Assembly: GCA_038229875.1 (NCBI GenBank)
Contig: JBBROA010000001.1
Coordinates: 1,955 to 65,954 of the forward strand
Source of the DNA: Thermoanaerobaculia bacterium
GTDB lineage: Bacteria > Acidobacteriota > Thermoanaerobaculia > UBA5066 > Gp7-AA6
Reading direction: 5' to 3'
DNA length: 64,000 bases
Made by a program: the position numbers and the translations under genes
Shown: in pieces, positions 46,201 through 55,200 of the stretch
Layout: each line of letters starts with the position of its first letter
How positions within the stretch are numbered: position 1 is the first letter of the stretch
Notes under the pieces: model-generated
Database searches by the model: none
Seen by the model: the letters and a program-made list of their open reading frames with translations, nothing else
Told to the model about the DNA's origin: nothing

Positions 46201-48924
46201 ATGGCGCGAGACCTTTCACGGTCGAATCTCAGGATCTTTCTGCTCGCGGCCTGCGCCGCCCTCTTTTCCGCCTCGGTCCCCGCGGGCGTCAACGACTGGA
46301 CCAGCATCGGTCCCTACGGGCCCGGCGGAAACGTCCGGACCCTGACGGTCGATCCGCTGTCGCCGGCGACCTTGTACGCCGGCACGGACGGCGGGGTCTT
46401 CAAGAGCCAGGACGGGGGAATCAGCTGGGGTGCCGTCAACAACGGGCTCACCGGGTTCACGGTGTATGCGCTCGCGGTGGATCCCGTCGCGACGGGCACG
46501 CTCTACGCCGGCACGAACGCCGGTGTGTTCCGGACCACGAACGGCGGCAACGCCTGGACCGCGCAGCGGGCGGGTCTGGGAAAAATCACCGTGCAGGCGC
46601 TCGCAGTCGACCCGACGAACCCCCGCGTCCTGTACGCCGGCACCTCGGCCGCGGGCGTCTTCCGGAGCGCCGACTCCGCGGCCACGTGGACCGCGTCGGG
46701 CAGCGGCCTTTCCAGCAACGACGTTCGTTCTCTCGCCGTCGATCCGTCGGCCCCAGGCACGGTTTACGCCGGGACGGCCGGCGGTGTCTCGAAGTCGACG
46801 GATGCCGCGACGACCTGGAGCAACCGGGTATCGGCGAACGTGCGGTCGCTCGCGATCGACCCCGTGACGCCGGCGACGATCTACGCGGGAGCCGAAGGCC
46901 TCTTCACGAATTCGGGCATCTTGAAAAGCGGGGACGGCGGGACGAGCTGGACCTCGATGAACTCCGGTCTCGGAAACGTTCCGGTCCGCTCCGTCGCGGT
47001 CCGGCAGAATCAGCCGGCGACGCTCTTCCTCGGGACCTCGGGCTCCGGGGTCTTCACGTCCACCGACGGCGGCGGAACGTGGAGGCAGCTCCCTGGCAGC
47101 CCCTCGAGCAGCAACACGGTCCTTCTCGACGGCGCGAGCGTCTTCGTCGGCGCTCCGACCGGCTTCTTCCGCAGCTCGGACGACGGGAAGACATGGCGGC
47201 AGGAGAACGTCAGCTTCGCGACGTTCACGGTGAACGGGCTCGTCATCGATCCCTCTTCGCCCGTCATCCTCTACGCCGGGGTTGGCAGGCCGGGCAGCTC
47301 CGGGGGCGGCATCTACAAGAGCGTGAACGGCGGCGCCGGATGGACGGCTTCGGGGACCGGGCTCCCCGACAAGACGGTGCAGGCGCTCGCGGTCGATGCA
47401 GGCCCGCCGACCACGATCTACGCGGGGACGACCGGCGCCGGGATTTTCCGGAGCCAGGACGCCGCAGCGACGTGGAGTCCCGCGAGCAGCGGGCTCTCGA
47501 CCGGGACGGTGCTCTCGTTTGGCGTCGCGGGATCGGGGATCGTGTACGCGGGGACGGACGCGGGAGTCTTCCGAAGCGCAAACTTCGGGGCGACGTGGAC
47601 GGCCAGGAGCGCCGGGCTGCCGAACATGAACGTGCAGGCCCTCGCGGTTCATCCGTCGACGCCCGATACCGTCTATGCCGGCACTCCCGGCGGCGTCTTC
47701 CGGACGACCGACGGAGGCACAACCTGGTCGCCTTCCAGCCAGGGGCTCGCGAACATCGGGGTCCTGACCCTGCTCGTCGATCCGGTCTCCTCGAGCATCA
47801 TTTACGCGGGGACCTTCTCTACGCTCACGCCGGGATCTCTCGAGGGATTCGGCGTCTACCGGAGCATCGACGCCGGCGCGACCTGGGCGCCGTTCAACGG
47901 AGGGATCTCAGGTCTCGCGGTGACGGCGCTCGCGACCGACCCGTCCGGCCTGACGATCTACGCCGGAACGCCGGTCGGGGTCTATCGCGCGCAGCGCGGA
48001 GGCAGCACGTGGACGGGCATCAACGAGGGTCTCTCCGAGGTCGTGAATACGATCGCCGTCGACCCGAGCTCTCCGTCCACCGTTTACGCGGGAACGGTCA
48101 AGGACAGCGCGTTCAAGGCGGCCTTCGTCGGCGGGACAAACGGCTGCACCTCCGGGCCCTCGACGCTCTGTTTGAACAACAACCGCTTCCGGGTCGACGT
48201 CACGTGGCGCGCGGTCAACGCCGGCACGGCCGGAGTCGGCATAGCGGTTCCGCTGACCGGGGACACCGGCGCATTCTGGTTCTTCTCGAGCGGGAACATC
48301 GAGCTCGTGCTGAAGGTCGTCGACGGCCGCTCGTTCAACGGGGCCTTCTGGGTTTTCTACGGCGCGATGTCCGACGTGTCGTACACGATCAACGTGACCG
48401 ACACCGCGACCGGCGCGAGGAAAACGTACGAGAACCCGCAAGGACAGCTCGCGAGCATCGCCGATACCGCCGCGTTCCCGAGCGCGGCCGGTCCGGCGCT
48501 GGCCGCTGTCCGCGCGCCCGCATCCGCGCCGCCAGTCCCGGCGGTGGAATCCATGAAGTCCATAGTTCCCCTCTCGACTGAAGCAGCCTGCGTCGCGGAT
48601 GCGACGACGCTCTGCCTGAACGCGAACCGGTTCCGGGTTCAGGTGAACTGGTCCGCGCCGAACATCGGCCGCACGGGCGTGGGGCAGGCCTCTCCGCTCG
48701 CCTCGGACTCCGGCTCCTTCTGGTTCTTCTCGTCGGGAAATCTCGAATTGAACCTGAAGGTCGTCGATGGCCGCGCGGTGAACGGCCGCTTCTGGGTCTT
48801 CTTCGGGGCGCTGTCGGACGTCCAGTACACGATCACGGTCACCGACACGGAGACCGGGGCGCAACGCACCTATTCGAACCCTCAGGGGCGCCTGGCCAGC
48901 GTGGCGGACACCTCGGCTTTCTAG
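46201..48924 (+). CDS. Secreted multi-blade beta-propeller repeat protein (BNR/Asp-box, Sortilin/Ycf48-like) with two tandem uncharacterised C-terminal modules
   Basis: ATG 46201 with AAGGAG upstream. Signal peptide MARDLSRSNLRIFLLAACAALFSASVPAG. 13-14 copies of a ~44-aa unit LAVDP..P.T(L/I)YAGT..GVF(K/R)S.DGG.TW, followed by modules at 48163-48477 and 48607-48921. The track ORF start at 44800 is an artefact. Confidence 0.85.
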   Translation: MARDLSRSNLRIFLLAACAALFSASVPAGVNDWTSIGPYGPGGNVRTLTVDPLSPATLYAGTDGGVFKSQDGGISWGAVNNGLTGFTVYALAVDPVATGTLYAGTNAGVFRTTNGGNAWTAQRAGLGKITVQALAVDPTNPRVLYAGTSAAGVFRSADSAATWTASGSGLSSNDVRSLAVDPSAPGTVYAGTAGGVSKSTDAATTWSNRVSANVRSLAIDPVTPATIYAGAEGLFTNSGILKSGDGGTSWTSMNSGLGNVPVRSVAVRQNQPATLFLGTSGSGVFTSTDGGGTWRQLPGSPSSSNTVLLDGASVFVGAPTGFFRSSDDGKTWRQENVSFATFTVNGLVIDPSSPVILYAGVGRPGSSGGGIYKSVNGGAGWTASGTGLPDKTVQALAVDAGPPTTIYAGTTGAGIFRSQDAAATWSPASSGLSTGTVLSFGVAGSGIVYAGTDAGVFRSANFGATWTARSAGLPNMNVQALAVHPSTPDTVYAGTPGGVFRTTDGGTTWSPSSQGLANIGVLTLLVDPVSSSIIYAGTFSTLTPGSLEGFGVYRSIDAGATWAPFNGGISGLAVTALATDPSGLTIYAGTPVGVYRAQRGGSTWTGINEGLSEVVNTIAVDPSSPSTVYAGTVKDSAFKAAFVGGTNGCTSGPSTLCLNNNRFRVDVTWRAVNAGTAGVGIAVPLTGDTGAFWFFSSGNIELVLKVVDGRSFNGAFWVFYGAMSDVSYTINVTDTATGARKTYENPQGQLASIADTAAFPSAAGPALAAVRAPASAPPVPAVESMKSIVPLSTEAACVADATTLCLNANRFRVQVNWSAPNIGRTGVGQASPLASDSGSFWFFSSGNLELNLKVVDGRAVNGRFWVFFGALSDVQYTITVTDTETGAQRTYSNPQGRLASVADTSAF

Positions 48925-48932
48925 GCGAGCTG

Positions 48933-48956
48933 GGGGAGGAGGCCCGCCTCCTCCCC
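48933..48956. terminator. Perfect 10-bp hairpin between convergent genes
   Basis: ggggaggagg-cccg-cctcctcccc, 9 nt after the stop of the propeller gene. Confidence 0.6.
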
Positions 48957-48989
48957 GAGCGTCCGTCCTCGAAGCAACTCCGGCGAGCT

Positions 48990-50126
48990 TCAGCCGCCGG
49001 ATCGAAGCACGGAAAGAACGCGCTCCACTTCCGCGAGGTCGTTGCCGGCGTGCGGAGAGAAGCGGACGGCGCCTTCCCGCGGCGAGACGATGATCCCGGC
49101 CTTCTCGAGGGCCTTCGCCGCCGATCGCTCGTCGCCGTCCGGGGGGATGGCCGCGAGGATCCCGGAGGCGAGCGGCTCCGGGGACGCGATCGCCCAGCCG
49201 AGAGAAACGAGGCCGGACGCGAGCGCGCTGGTCAGCTCGAGGATGCGCGCTTCAATCGCGAGCGGCGTCATCTCGGCGATCAGATCGAGCGCGGCGGAGA
49301 AGCCCATCACCTGCGCCGTCGGGAGAGACCCGGCTTCGTAGCGGCGCCCTCCGGAGAAGAAGTCGAGCTCGTACTCGAGGTAGCCGCGCTCGCTTCGAAT
49401 GTTCCACCATCCGCCAAACGGGGGCGGGACGCGCTCCCGCGCGCTCTCGGAAACGTAGAACAGCGCGCAGGCTTCCGGCCCGAGCAGCCACTTGTGCGCG
49501 TCCGCGACGAGGACGTCGACCGGAACGTCGCGCACGTCGATCGGCAATGCGCCGAGACCCTGGATCGCGTCGACGACCAGCAGAATTCCGCGCTCGCGGC
49601 ACAGCGCGCTGATCTCCTTCAGCGGGTAGACCCAGCCGTTGTGAAATGCGACCCACGAGATCGCGACCACGCGTGTACGGGCGTCGATCGCCGCCGCGAT
49701 GTCCTCCGCCGTGATGCGCCCGCCGCGGTTCTTCGCCCGCCGGTGCTCGACGCCGCGGGACGCGAGAAGCATCCACGGGTACACGTTCGCCGGAAACTCC
49801 ATGTCGTCTCCGACGACGTTGTCCCCCTCCCTCCACAGGAAGGCCTGCGCCACGAGATTCAATCCCCAGGACGTCGAGGGAAGAAACGCGACGGTGGACT
49901 TCTCCGCGCCGATCAGCCGCGCGGCCTTCTCGCGCGCCGCTTCGATAACGCCGTACCAACGGCGCCAGTCCGCGGCGCCGCGATCCCGCGTGTTCTCCGT
50001 GTGCGCGACGATGGCGTCGGAGACGCGCCGGGGGAGCGCAGCCACGGCGGCGTGGTTGAAATAGACGAGCTGGCGGCGTACCGGAAACTCGCGATCGAGC
50101 GCCTCGGGCGAGAAATCAAACGTCAT
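48990..50126 (-). CDS. Class V aminotransferase-fold PLP enzyme (cysteine desulfurase / C-S lyase-like)
   Basis: 378 aa with the PLP-lysine region LVADAHKWLLGPEACALFYV and FNHAAVAALP. Confidence 0.85.
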   Translation of the reverse strand: MTFDFSPEALDREFPVRRQLVYFNHAAVAALPRRVSDAIVAHTENTRDRGAADWRRWYGVIEAAREKAARLIGAEKSTVAFLPSTSWGLNLVAQAFLWREGDNVVGDDMEFPANVYPWMLLASRGVEHRRAKNRGGRITAEDIAAAIDARTRVVAISWVAFHNGWVYPLKEISALCRERGILLVVDAIQGLGALPIDVRDVPVDVLVADAHKWLLGPEACALFYVSESARERVPPPFGGWWNIRSERGYLEYELDFFSGGRRYEAGSLPTAQVMGFSAALDLIAEMTPLAIEARILELTSALASGLVSLGWAIASPEPLASGILAAIPPDGDERSAAKALEKAGIIVSPREGAVRFSPHAGNDLAEVERVLSVLRSGG

Positions 50127-50158
50127 TCGCGCGGAGCATAACCGCCAACGCCCCTCGC

Positions 50159-50188
50159 GCGCCTGCGCCTGCGCCTGCGTCTGCGCAT
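50159..50188. repeat. Hexamer tandem repeat (GCGCCT)x3 + GCGTCT + GCGCAT
   Basis: Found in the 91-nt spacer between the M28-like gene and the class V aminotransferase gene. Confidence 0.85.
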
Positions 50189-50217
50189 GGCAGCCCGGCG
50201 CGCAGGCTCTCAGTTTC

Positions 50218-52251
50218 TCAGGGCGCGCGGGGGAGGGATTCGCGCTGTGGCGCTGCCTGCCAGGAGATCAGCCGCGCGCGCGACAGAAGATCGAGGTACT
50301 CGGCGATCTCCGACTGCGGAACCGGCGCGTAAAGGCCTGTGAGAATGTCGCGAATCTCGGCGACCGTCCGGCGTCCATCCACCAGATTGAATGCTTCGAA
50401 CGCGAGCACGTCTCCGGATTCGCGCCGGGACAGGGCCGTCGGGGGAACGTCCGGCCCGAGCGCCTCGCCGATCGCGTCGAAGTAATACACCCCGACCGGC
50501 CCTCGGACGCCGTCCCAGCGTATTGGAACGCGGCGGTCCGTATTTGCCGCTTGCGCGGGAGGCTCCAGGCGGACGGGGCGTGAGGAGAGCGGCAGGAGAG
50601 AGACGGGCCAGAGCTCGTTCAAGGTTCGCAGGGTCTTCGCGCCCGACGCCGAAGTCTCCCGGGCTTTGACCTCGAGGTCGCGAGGGTCGCCGCCGCGGGC
50701 GCCGGCCATCGCGATGGCGGACTCCGCTTCCCCCCGGGCGAGTGCGAGCAGAGCGCCGGCTTCCTCGCGGGGCATCGCGGCGAGCGTCCACGCGATTCCC
50801 GCGCCCATGTAGGCAACCCGCCCGAGCTTCGTGGCGTCGAGATTCTCCGGCTGGTCTTTGTTCGTGTGGATCGTCACGTCGGGCCAGTCGTGGAAATACA
50901 CCATCGGCACGCCGAAGCTCGAGTCCTGGAAGACCTCGTGATCGCTTCCCATCTCGAGCGCGCGCATGTCTCCCAGGAATGACTCGCGTGAGCCGGGCGG
51001 CCAGACGAGTCCCTTTGCGGCGTCACCCCCTCGCTCGGCGTACTTCGCGGAGGCGCGCAGCACGTGGTCGAGCCATGCGCGGGCGATCACGTTCGCGACG
51101 TGCGGGAGGGTTCCGGCGGACCGTGAGAGATGGAAGGTTCCTTTCGTCGTGGAAAGGAGCCCGCCGACCATGTCCATGTGGATGCCCGCGACGAGGCGGC
51201 GCGCGATCTCGGGATGGCGCACGAGCCACGCCTGGGAGCCCGCGATCTCGGGAAGCCAGAGGAATCGGATCGTTCTCTTCGGCTTCGGAAGCTTCCCTTT
51301 CGTGATCGCGGATTGGAGAGCGCGCGCCGTTTCGAGGATGGCGGCGCTCCCGGACGCATTGTCGTTCGCGCCGGCGGACTGATGGCACAGGTGAGCGGTC
51401 AGCACGATCTCGCCCGCGGAAGAGTCGGTTCCCGGAATAGTGGCATCGACGACGTCGTAGGTCGCAGGGACCATGCGTGCCCGGACCCGCGCGTGAAGCG
51501 TGATCCGCTCTCCGGCCGCCAGGCGGCGCCGCAGATCTTCCGCCCGCCTCTTCGAGATCATGAACGCGAACCGGTTCCCCTTCTGATACGGGGAGAGGTG
51601 ACCCCACCGAACGAGGTCCCGGTCGTCACCGGACCACGCGGTCGTTTGGTTGGGAAAGTCCGACAGGATCCCGAGGGCGCCGCGCTCTTCACAGGCGCGC
51701 CGGTGCACCCCGGGCAGATCGCCGTCCGCAAGGACGATCTTGCCGCGGACGTCGCCACCGGCGTAGTCAGCCGGAGACGTTCCCGCGCGGACGTCGACCA
51801 GATCCGCCGAGACGTCCGCGTCCTGGCTGTAGTCGGCGAGCGCGACGGGCACCTCCGGAAAGCGCGCGAGTACGCGGCTTGAACCCGTCTCTTCGATCAC
51901 CGCTTCGGCCGCTTCCCAGCCGGGGTAGCTTCGGAAATGCGCGTAGCGCGTCGATCCGTCCGCGGGAAACTGTTCGACTGTGGCGTTCACGAGCCCCGCG
52001 GCGGCGAGCTTCTCCCGCACGCGCCGGGCGGCGGCCGCGTACCCCGGGGAGCCGTGCACCCGGTGGAAGCGGCCGAGCTCGCGCACGGTCTCCAGCACCG
52101 CGTTTCCGTCGATCTCCGACCGGATCGCCGCGGGAACATCGTTCGGCCAGAACGGAATATCGCGCTCCTGCCCGAGGCCGGCGGCGGATGCCGCCAGGGC
52201 GGCGAGAAAGAAGGAGCGGCTCGAAATGGCGCGATGCGCGGAGCGTGACAT
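50218..52251 (-). CDS. Exported M28-like peptidase family protein (PA + DUF4910-like architecture)
   Basis: Signal peptide SSRSFFLAALAASAAGLGQ, plus LTAHLCHQSAGANDNASGSAAILETARAL and a C-terminal winged-helix-like tail. Confidence 0.75.
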   Translation of the reverse strand: MSRSAHRAISSRSFFLAALAASAAGLGQERDIPFWPNDVPAAIRSEIDGNAVLETVRELGRFHRVHGSPGYAAAARRVREKLAAAGLVNATVEQFPADGSTRYAHFRSYPGWEAAEAVIEETGSSRVLARFPEVPVALADYSQDADVSADLVDVRAGTSPADYAGGDVRGKIVLADGDLPGVHRRACEERGALGILSDFPNQTTAWSGDDRDLVRWGHLSPYQKGNRFAFMISKRRAEDLRRRLAAGERITLHARVRARMVPATYDVVDATIPGTDSSAGEIVLTAHLCHQSAGANDNASGSAAILETARALQSAITKGKLPKPKRTIRFLWLPEIAGSQAWLVRHPEIARRLVAGIHMDMVGGLLSTTKGTFHLSRSAGTLPHVANVIARAWLDHVLRASAKYAERGGDAAKGLVWPPGSRESFLGDMRALEMGSDHEVFQDSSFGVPMVYFHDWPDVTIHTNKDQPENLDATKLGRVAYMGAGIAWTLAAMPREEAGALLALARGEAESAIAMAGARGGDPRDLEVKARETSASGAKTLRTLNELWPVSLLPLSSRPVRLEPPAQAANTDRRVPIRWDGVRGPVGVYYFDAIGEALGPDVPPTALSRRESGDVLAFEAFNLVDGRRTVAEIRDILTGLYAPVPQSEIAEYLDLLSRARLISWQAAPQRESLPRAP

Positions 52252-52260
52252 GAGGCTGCT

Positions 52261-53652
52261 TTAGGCCAGGTCCTTTCCCGCTTCCGTTGAGGCTGCCGGC
52301 GCTGCGGCGCGATCGAGGAGGCGATAGAAGGTCGCGCGGCTGACTCCGAGAGCGCGCGCTGCGCGCACCCGGCTGCCTCCGTTGTCGCGAAGCGCGGCTT
52401 CGACTTCTTCGGCCGTGATCTCGCGGGAGAACTGGCGACGCTCGAGACGGGGGGCGGAGATCGGCTCCACGGGGCGAAACACGAAATCGACCGGCTGCAG
52501 AACGGTGTCCTCCGAGAGGATCGCCGCCTGTTCGATCGCATACCGGAGCTCGCGCACGTTGCCGGGGTAGGTGTAGGACTTCAGGAGCTCGAGGGTCTCC
52601 GGAGCGAAGACGCGGACCTTCCCGAGCCGCCGGACCGACTCGGCGAGGAATCCGCGGGCGAGAGGCTCGATGTCCTCGCGGCGATTCCGCAGCGGCGGGA
52701 CGGTCAGCGTCACGACCGAGAGGCGGTAGTAGAGGTCCTCCCGGAACTCTCCGGCGGCCGCCGCCTGTCGGAGATCGCGGTTCGTGGCGGTGAGGATGCG
52801 GACGTCGACCGGTATGGGCTGGTTCTCGCCGACCCTGCGCACGGCCCCCTCTTCGAGCACGCGGAGGAGCTTCGCCTGCGCCGGGAGCGTCATCGATCCG
52901 ATCTCGTCGAGAAACAGGGTGCCGCCGCTCGCCTCCTCGAACAGGCCGCGCTTCAGAGCATGGGCGCCGGAAAACGCTCCGCGCGCGTGGCCGAACAGCT
53001 CGGTCTCCAGGAGATTCTCCGGGATAGCCGCGCAGTTCAAGCTCAGGTAAGTTCTCGTGGACCGCGGCCCGGTTTCCTGGATGTGCCGCGCGATCACGTC
53101 TTTCCCGGTGCCGGTCTCGCCCAGGATAAGCACGGTTGAGGAAGACGACGCGGCGCGCGTCGCTTTCGCGAGCAAGCTCCGCATCGCCGGGCTGACCGAC
53201 ACCGGCGGGGTCAGCGAATGGCGCCGGCGCATCTCTCCGGAAAGCGCGTCGACGGCCCGTTTCAATCTCCGGGTCTCGACGGCCTGACCGACCCGGTGAA
53301 GAAGCTCCTTCGGATCGACCGGCTTCGAGAGGTAGTCGAAGGAGCCGAGCCGCATGGCTTCGACCGCGTCCCGCACGGTCGCCGAACCGGTCACGAGCAG
53401 CACCTCCGGCGGGTCCGCGAGCGCGCGGCACGCCTTCAGGACGTCCATACCCGACGCGCCGGCCATCCGGAGATCGCTGATGACAATGTCCCAACCTTCG
53501 ACGTTCCGATCGTCGAGGAAAGCGTCCCCGCTGTCGAAGGCCTCGGGAGCATAACCCCCGGAACGGAGGACTGCGGAGAGCACGTCGCTCACCACGCGAT
53601 CGTCTTCCACGAGCGCGATCCGCGCGTGCGACTCGGAGGAACCGGGGGGCAT
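52261..53652 (-). CDS. Sigma-54-dependent response regulator (NtrC family: receiver + AAA+ + Fis-type HTH)
   Basis: The start ATG 53650-53652 (MPPGSSESHARIALVEDD) was chosen over the track start. Receiver Asp in IVISDLRM, Walker A GETGTGKD, GAFSGA loop, C-terminal HTH RAARALGVSRATFYRLL. Confidence 0.9.
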   Translation of the reverse strand: MPPGSSESHARIALVEDDRVVSDVLSAVLRSGGYAPEAFDSGDAFLDDRNVEGWDIVISDLRMAGASGMDVLKACRALADPPEVLLVTGSATVRDAVEAMRLGSFDYLSKPVDPKELLHRVGQAVETRRLKRAVDALSGEMRRRHSLTPPVSVSPAMRSLLAKATRAASSSSTVLILGETGTGKDVIARHIQETGPRSTRTYLSLNCAAIPENLLETELFGHARGAFSGAHALKRGLFEEASGGTLFLDEIGSMTLPAQAKLLRVLEEGAVRRVGENQPIPVDVRILTATNRDLRQAAAAGEFREDLYYRLSVVTLTVPPLRNRREDIEPLARGFLAESVRRLGKVRVFAPETLELLKSYTYPGNVRELRYAIEQAAILSEDTVLQPVDFVFRPVEPISAPRLERRQFSREITAEEVEAALRDNGGSRVRAARALGVSRATFYRLLDRAAAPAASTEAGKDLA

Positions 53653-53730
53653 GGGCTGGCTCCAGAGTACAGGATCGGGGAGAAACCGAGGGAGACGGGG
53701 CGGCCTGACCGCGGTACCTGGCGGCTGCGG

Positions 53731-53764
53731 GAAAAGAAAGGAGGCGCGGCCCGCAGACCGCGCC
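53731..53764 (-). terminator. Intrinsic terminator after the DUF2911 gene
   Basis: 7-bp stem GGCGCGG/CCGCGCC (53743-53749 and 53758-53764). On the minus strand it is followed by CTTTCTTTTC. Confidence 0.65.
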
Positions 53765-53788
53765 TTCCAGTCACGAAACCGGCCGGGA

Positions 53789-54502
53789 TTACTGTCCGAC
53801 GGTGAAAGGAACGACCGCGGCCTGGTTGCCCCATGCCATCGCGAGCTTGCCACCGCGATCGGACATGTCCGCGAAGCCGATGGTGAACTGGTCGATCGAG
53901 ACCGCCGGCTTCATCATCGTCATGGGAACTCGGACGACGTCAAATTTGGAGTCGTACCCGTAGGAGCCCCAGATCCTCGCCTTGTCTGCCGGGTCGTACT
54001 TCTCCTGCGACGGCTGTGTGGAAACGATCATCGTCCAGCCGCCCTCCTTCAGATCCACGAAGAGGTCGTACTCGCCCGGGGCGACGCGCTTGCCGCCGAT
54101 TTCCAGGGGCACTTCCGTTTTCAACTTCGTCGTCTGGTTCGCGCCCGCGCGCCACACTGGAGCTCCGCCGAGCACTTTCTTTCCGTAGTCGGCGCCCTTG
54201 CCGAAAACGTCGGCGCGTCCGCGGAGGATCGGCCGGCTGTAGGTGATTTCGATCCACTTACCGCCCTGGTAACGCTGCTCGCCGTCCTTGTCCGGCGCGC
54301 TCCAGCTCCCGCCGACCTGGGTGGCCGCGGTTCCGCCCGGACTCGGCGCGCGGCGGGCCACCGCCGGGGCGGTGCTCGCCATCCCGGAGGTGCTCGTGCT
54401 CGTGGTGGTCGTGGTCGTGCTCGTCGAGCCTGTCTGCGCCAGGGCGAGGCTGGCGCCTCCGATCAGGGCGGCGGAAAAGGCGATCCATTCGCGACGTTGC
54501 AT
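53789..54502 (-). CDS. DUF2911-domain secreted protein with poly-Thr/Ser linker
   Basis: ATG 54500-54502 is preceded by AGGAGG. Signal peptide MQRREWIAFSAALIGGASLALAQ. Body: TYSRPILRGRADVFG...VWRAGANQTTKLKTEVPLEIGGKRVAPGEYDLFV. Confidence 0.8.
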   Translation of the reverse strand: MQRREWIAFSAALIGGASLALAQTGSTSTTTTTTSTSTSGMASTAPAVARRAPSPGGTAATQVGGSWSAPDKDGEQRYQGGKWIEITYSRPILRGRADVFGKGADYGKKVLGGAPVWRAGANQTTKLKTEVPLEIGGKRVAPGEYDLFVDLKEGGWTMIVSTQPSQEKYDPADKARIWGSYGYDSKFDVVRVPMTMMKPAVSIDQFTIGFADMSDRGGKLAMAWGNQAAVVPFTVGQ

Positions 54503-54652
54503 CTGTCCTCCTGCTTTCATCGAAAAGGTTTTGGGTGTCTGAACCCGCGATTCTATTGGATTTGGCGTTAGAATCCCCGGCCTTCCGATGAGAATGCCTC
54601 TGAGGCGGTCCCGCCCCTTCTCGTTGCCCCCGGGGCCGCGCGGAAAGAAGCC

Positions 54653-55063
54653 GTGAACTGGCTGTTCAAGGAAGAGCCCACCCATTATTCGTGGGACGAC
54701 CTCGTTCGGGACGGTCGCACCGTCTGGTCCGGCGTCCGCAATCCCGTCGCCCAGAAAAACCTTCGTTCGGTGAAGAAGGGCGACCGGATTTTTTTCTACC
54801 ATACGGGCAACGAGAAGGCGATCGTCGGCGTGGCAAAGGCGGGGGGCAAGGCCTACGACGATCCTTCGGACTCTGCGGGGAAGCTCGCGGCGGTCGACGT
54901 CGTACCGGTCGTCAGGCTCGCCAACCCCGTGACGCTTTCCGCCGTCAAGGGCGACGACTTCTTCCAGGATTTTGCTCTCGTCCGGATTTCCCGCCTCTCC
55001 GTGATGCCGGTCACGGACGCGCAGTGGTCGCGCATCGAAAAGATGTCGCGCGCGGCGAGGTAG
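54653..55063 (+). CDS. EVE (PUA-like) domain protein
   Basis: 136 aa: MNWLFKEEPTHYSWDDLVRDGRTVWSGVRNPVAQKNLRSVKKGDRIFFYHTG. Confidence 0.88.
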   Translation: MNWLFKEEPTHYSWDDLVRDGRTVWSGVRNPVAQKNLRSVKKGDRIFFYHTGNEKAIVGVAKAGGKAYDDPSDSAGKLAAVDVVPVVRLANPVTLSAVKGDDFFQDFALVRISRLSVMPVTDAQWSRIEKMSRAAR

Positions 55064-55200
55064 TTCTCAGGCCACCCGGGGTCTAGCGTCGAGGTGTCTC
55101 GCAAGAGAGTGCGGGCAGTCGACAATTCGCGAGGTCGGCCCGGCGCGCCCGCTCTCGGCAGCACGGTTGGGGAAGAGAAGCGACGACGGCGCTGTTTTAA

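Noticed and set aside
55157-55170. Sigma-54-like element GGCAGC-ACGG-TTGG upstream of rtcB. This was attractive because enterobacterial rtcBA is sigma-54 dependent.
   Set aside because: The spacing is correct, but the invariant -12 GC is GG. A single mismatch at that position normally abolishes function, so I kept it only as a note.
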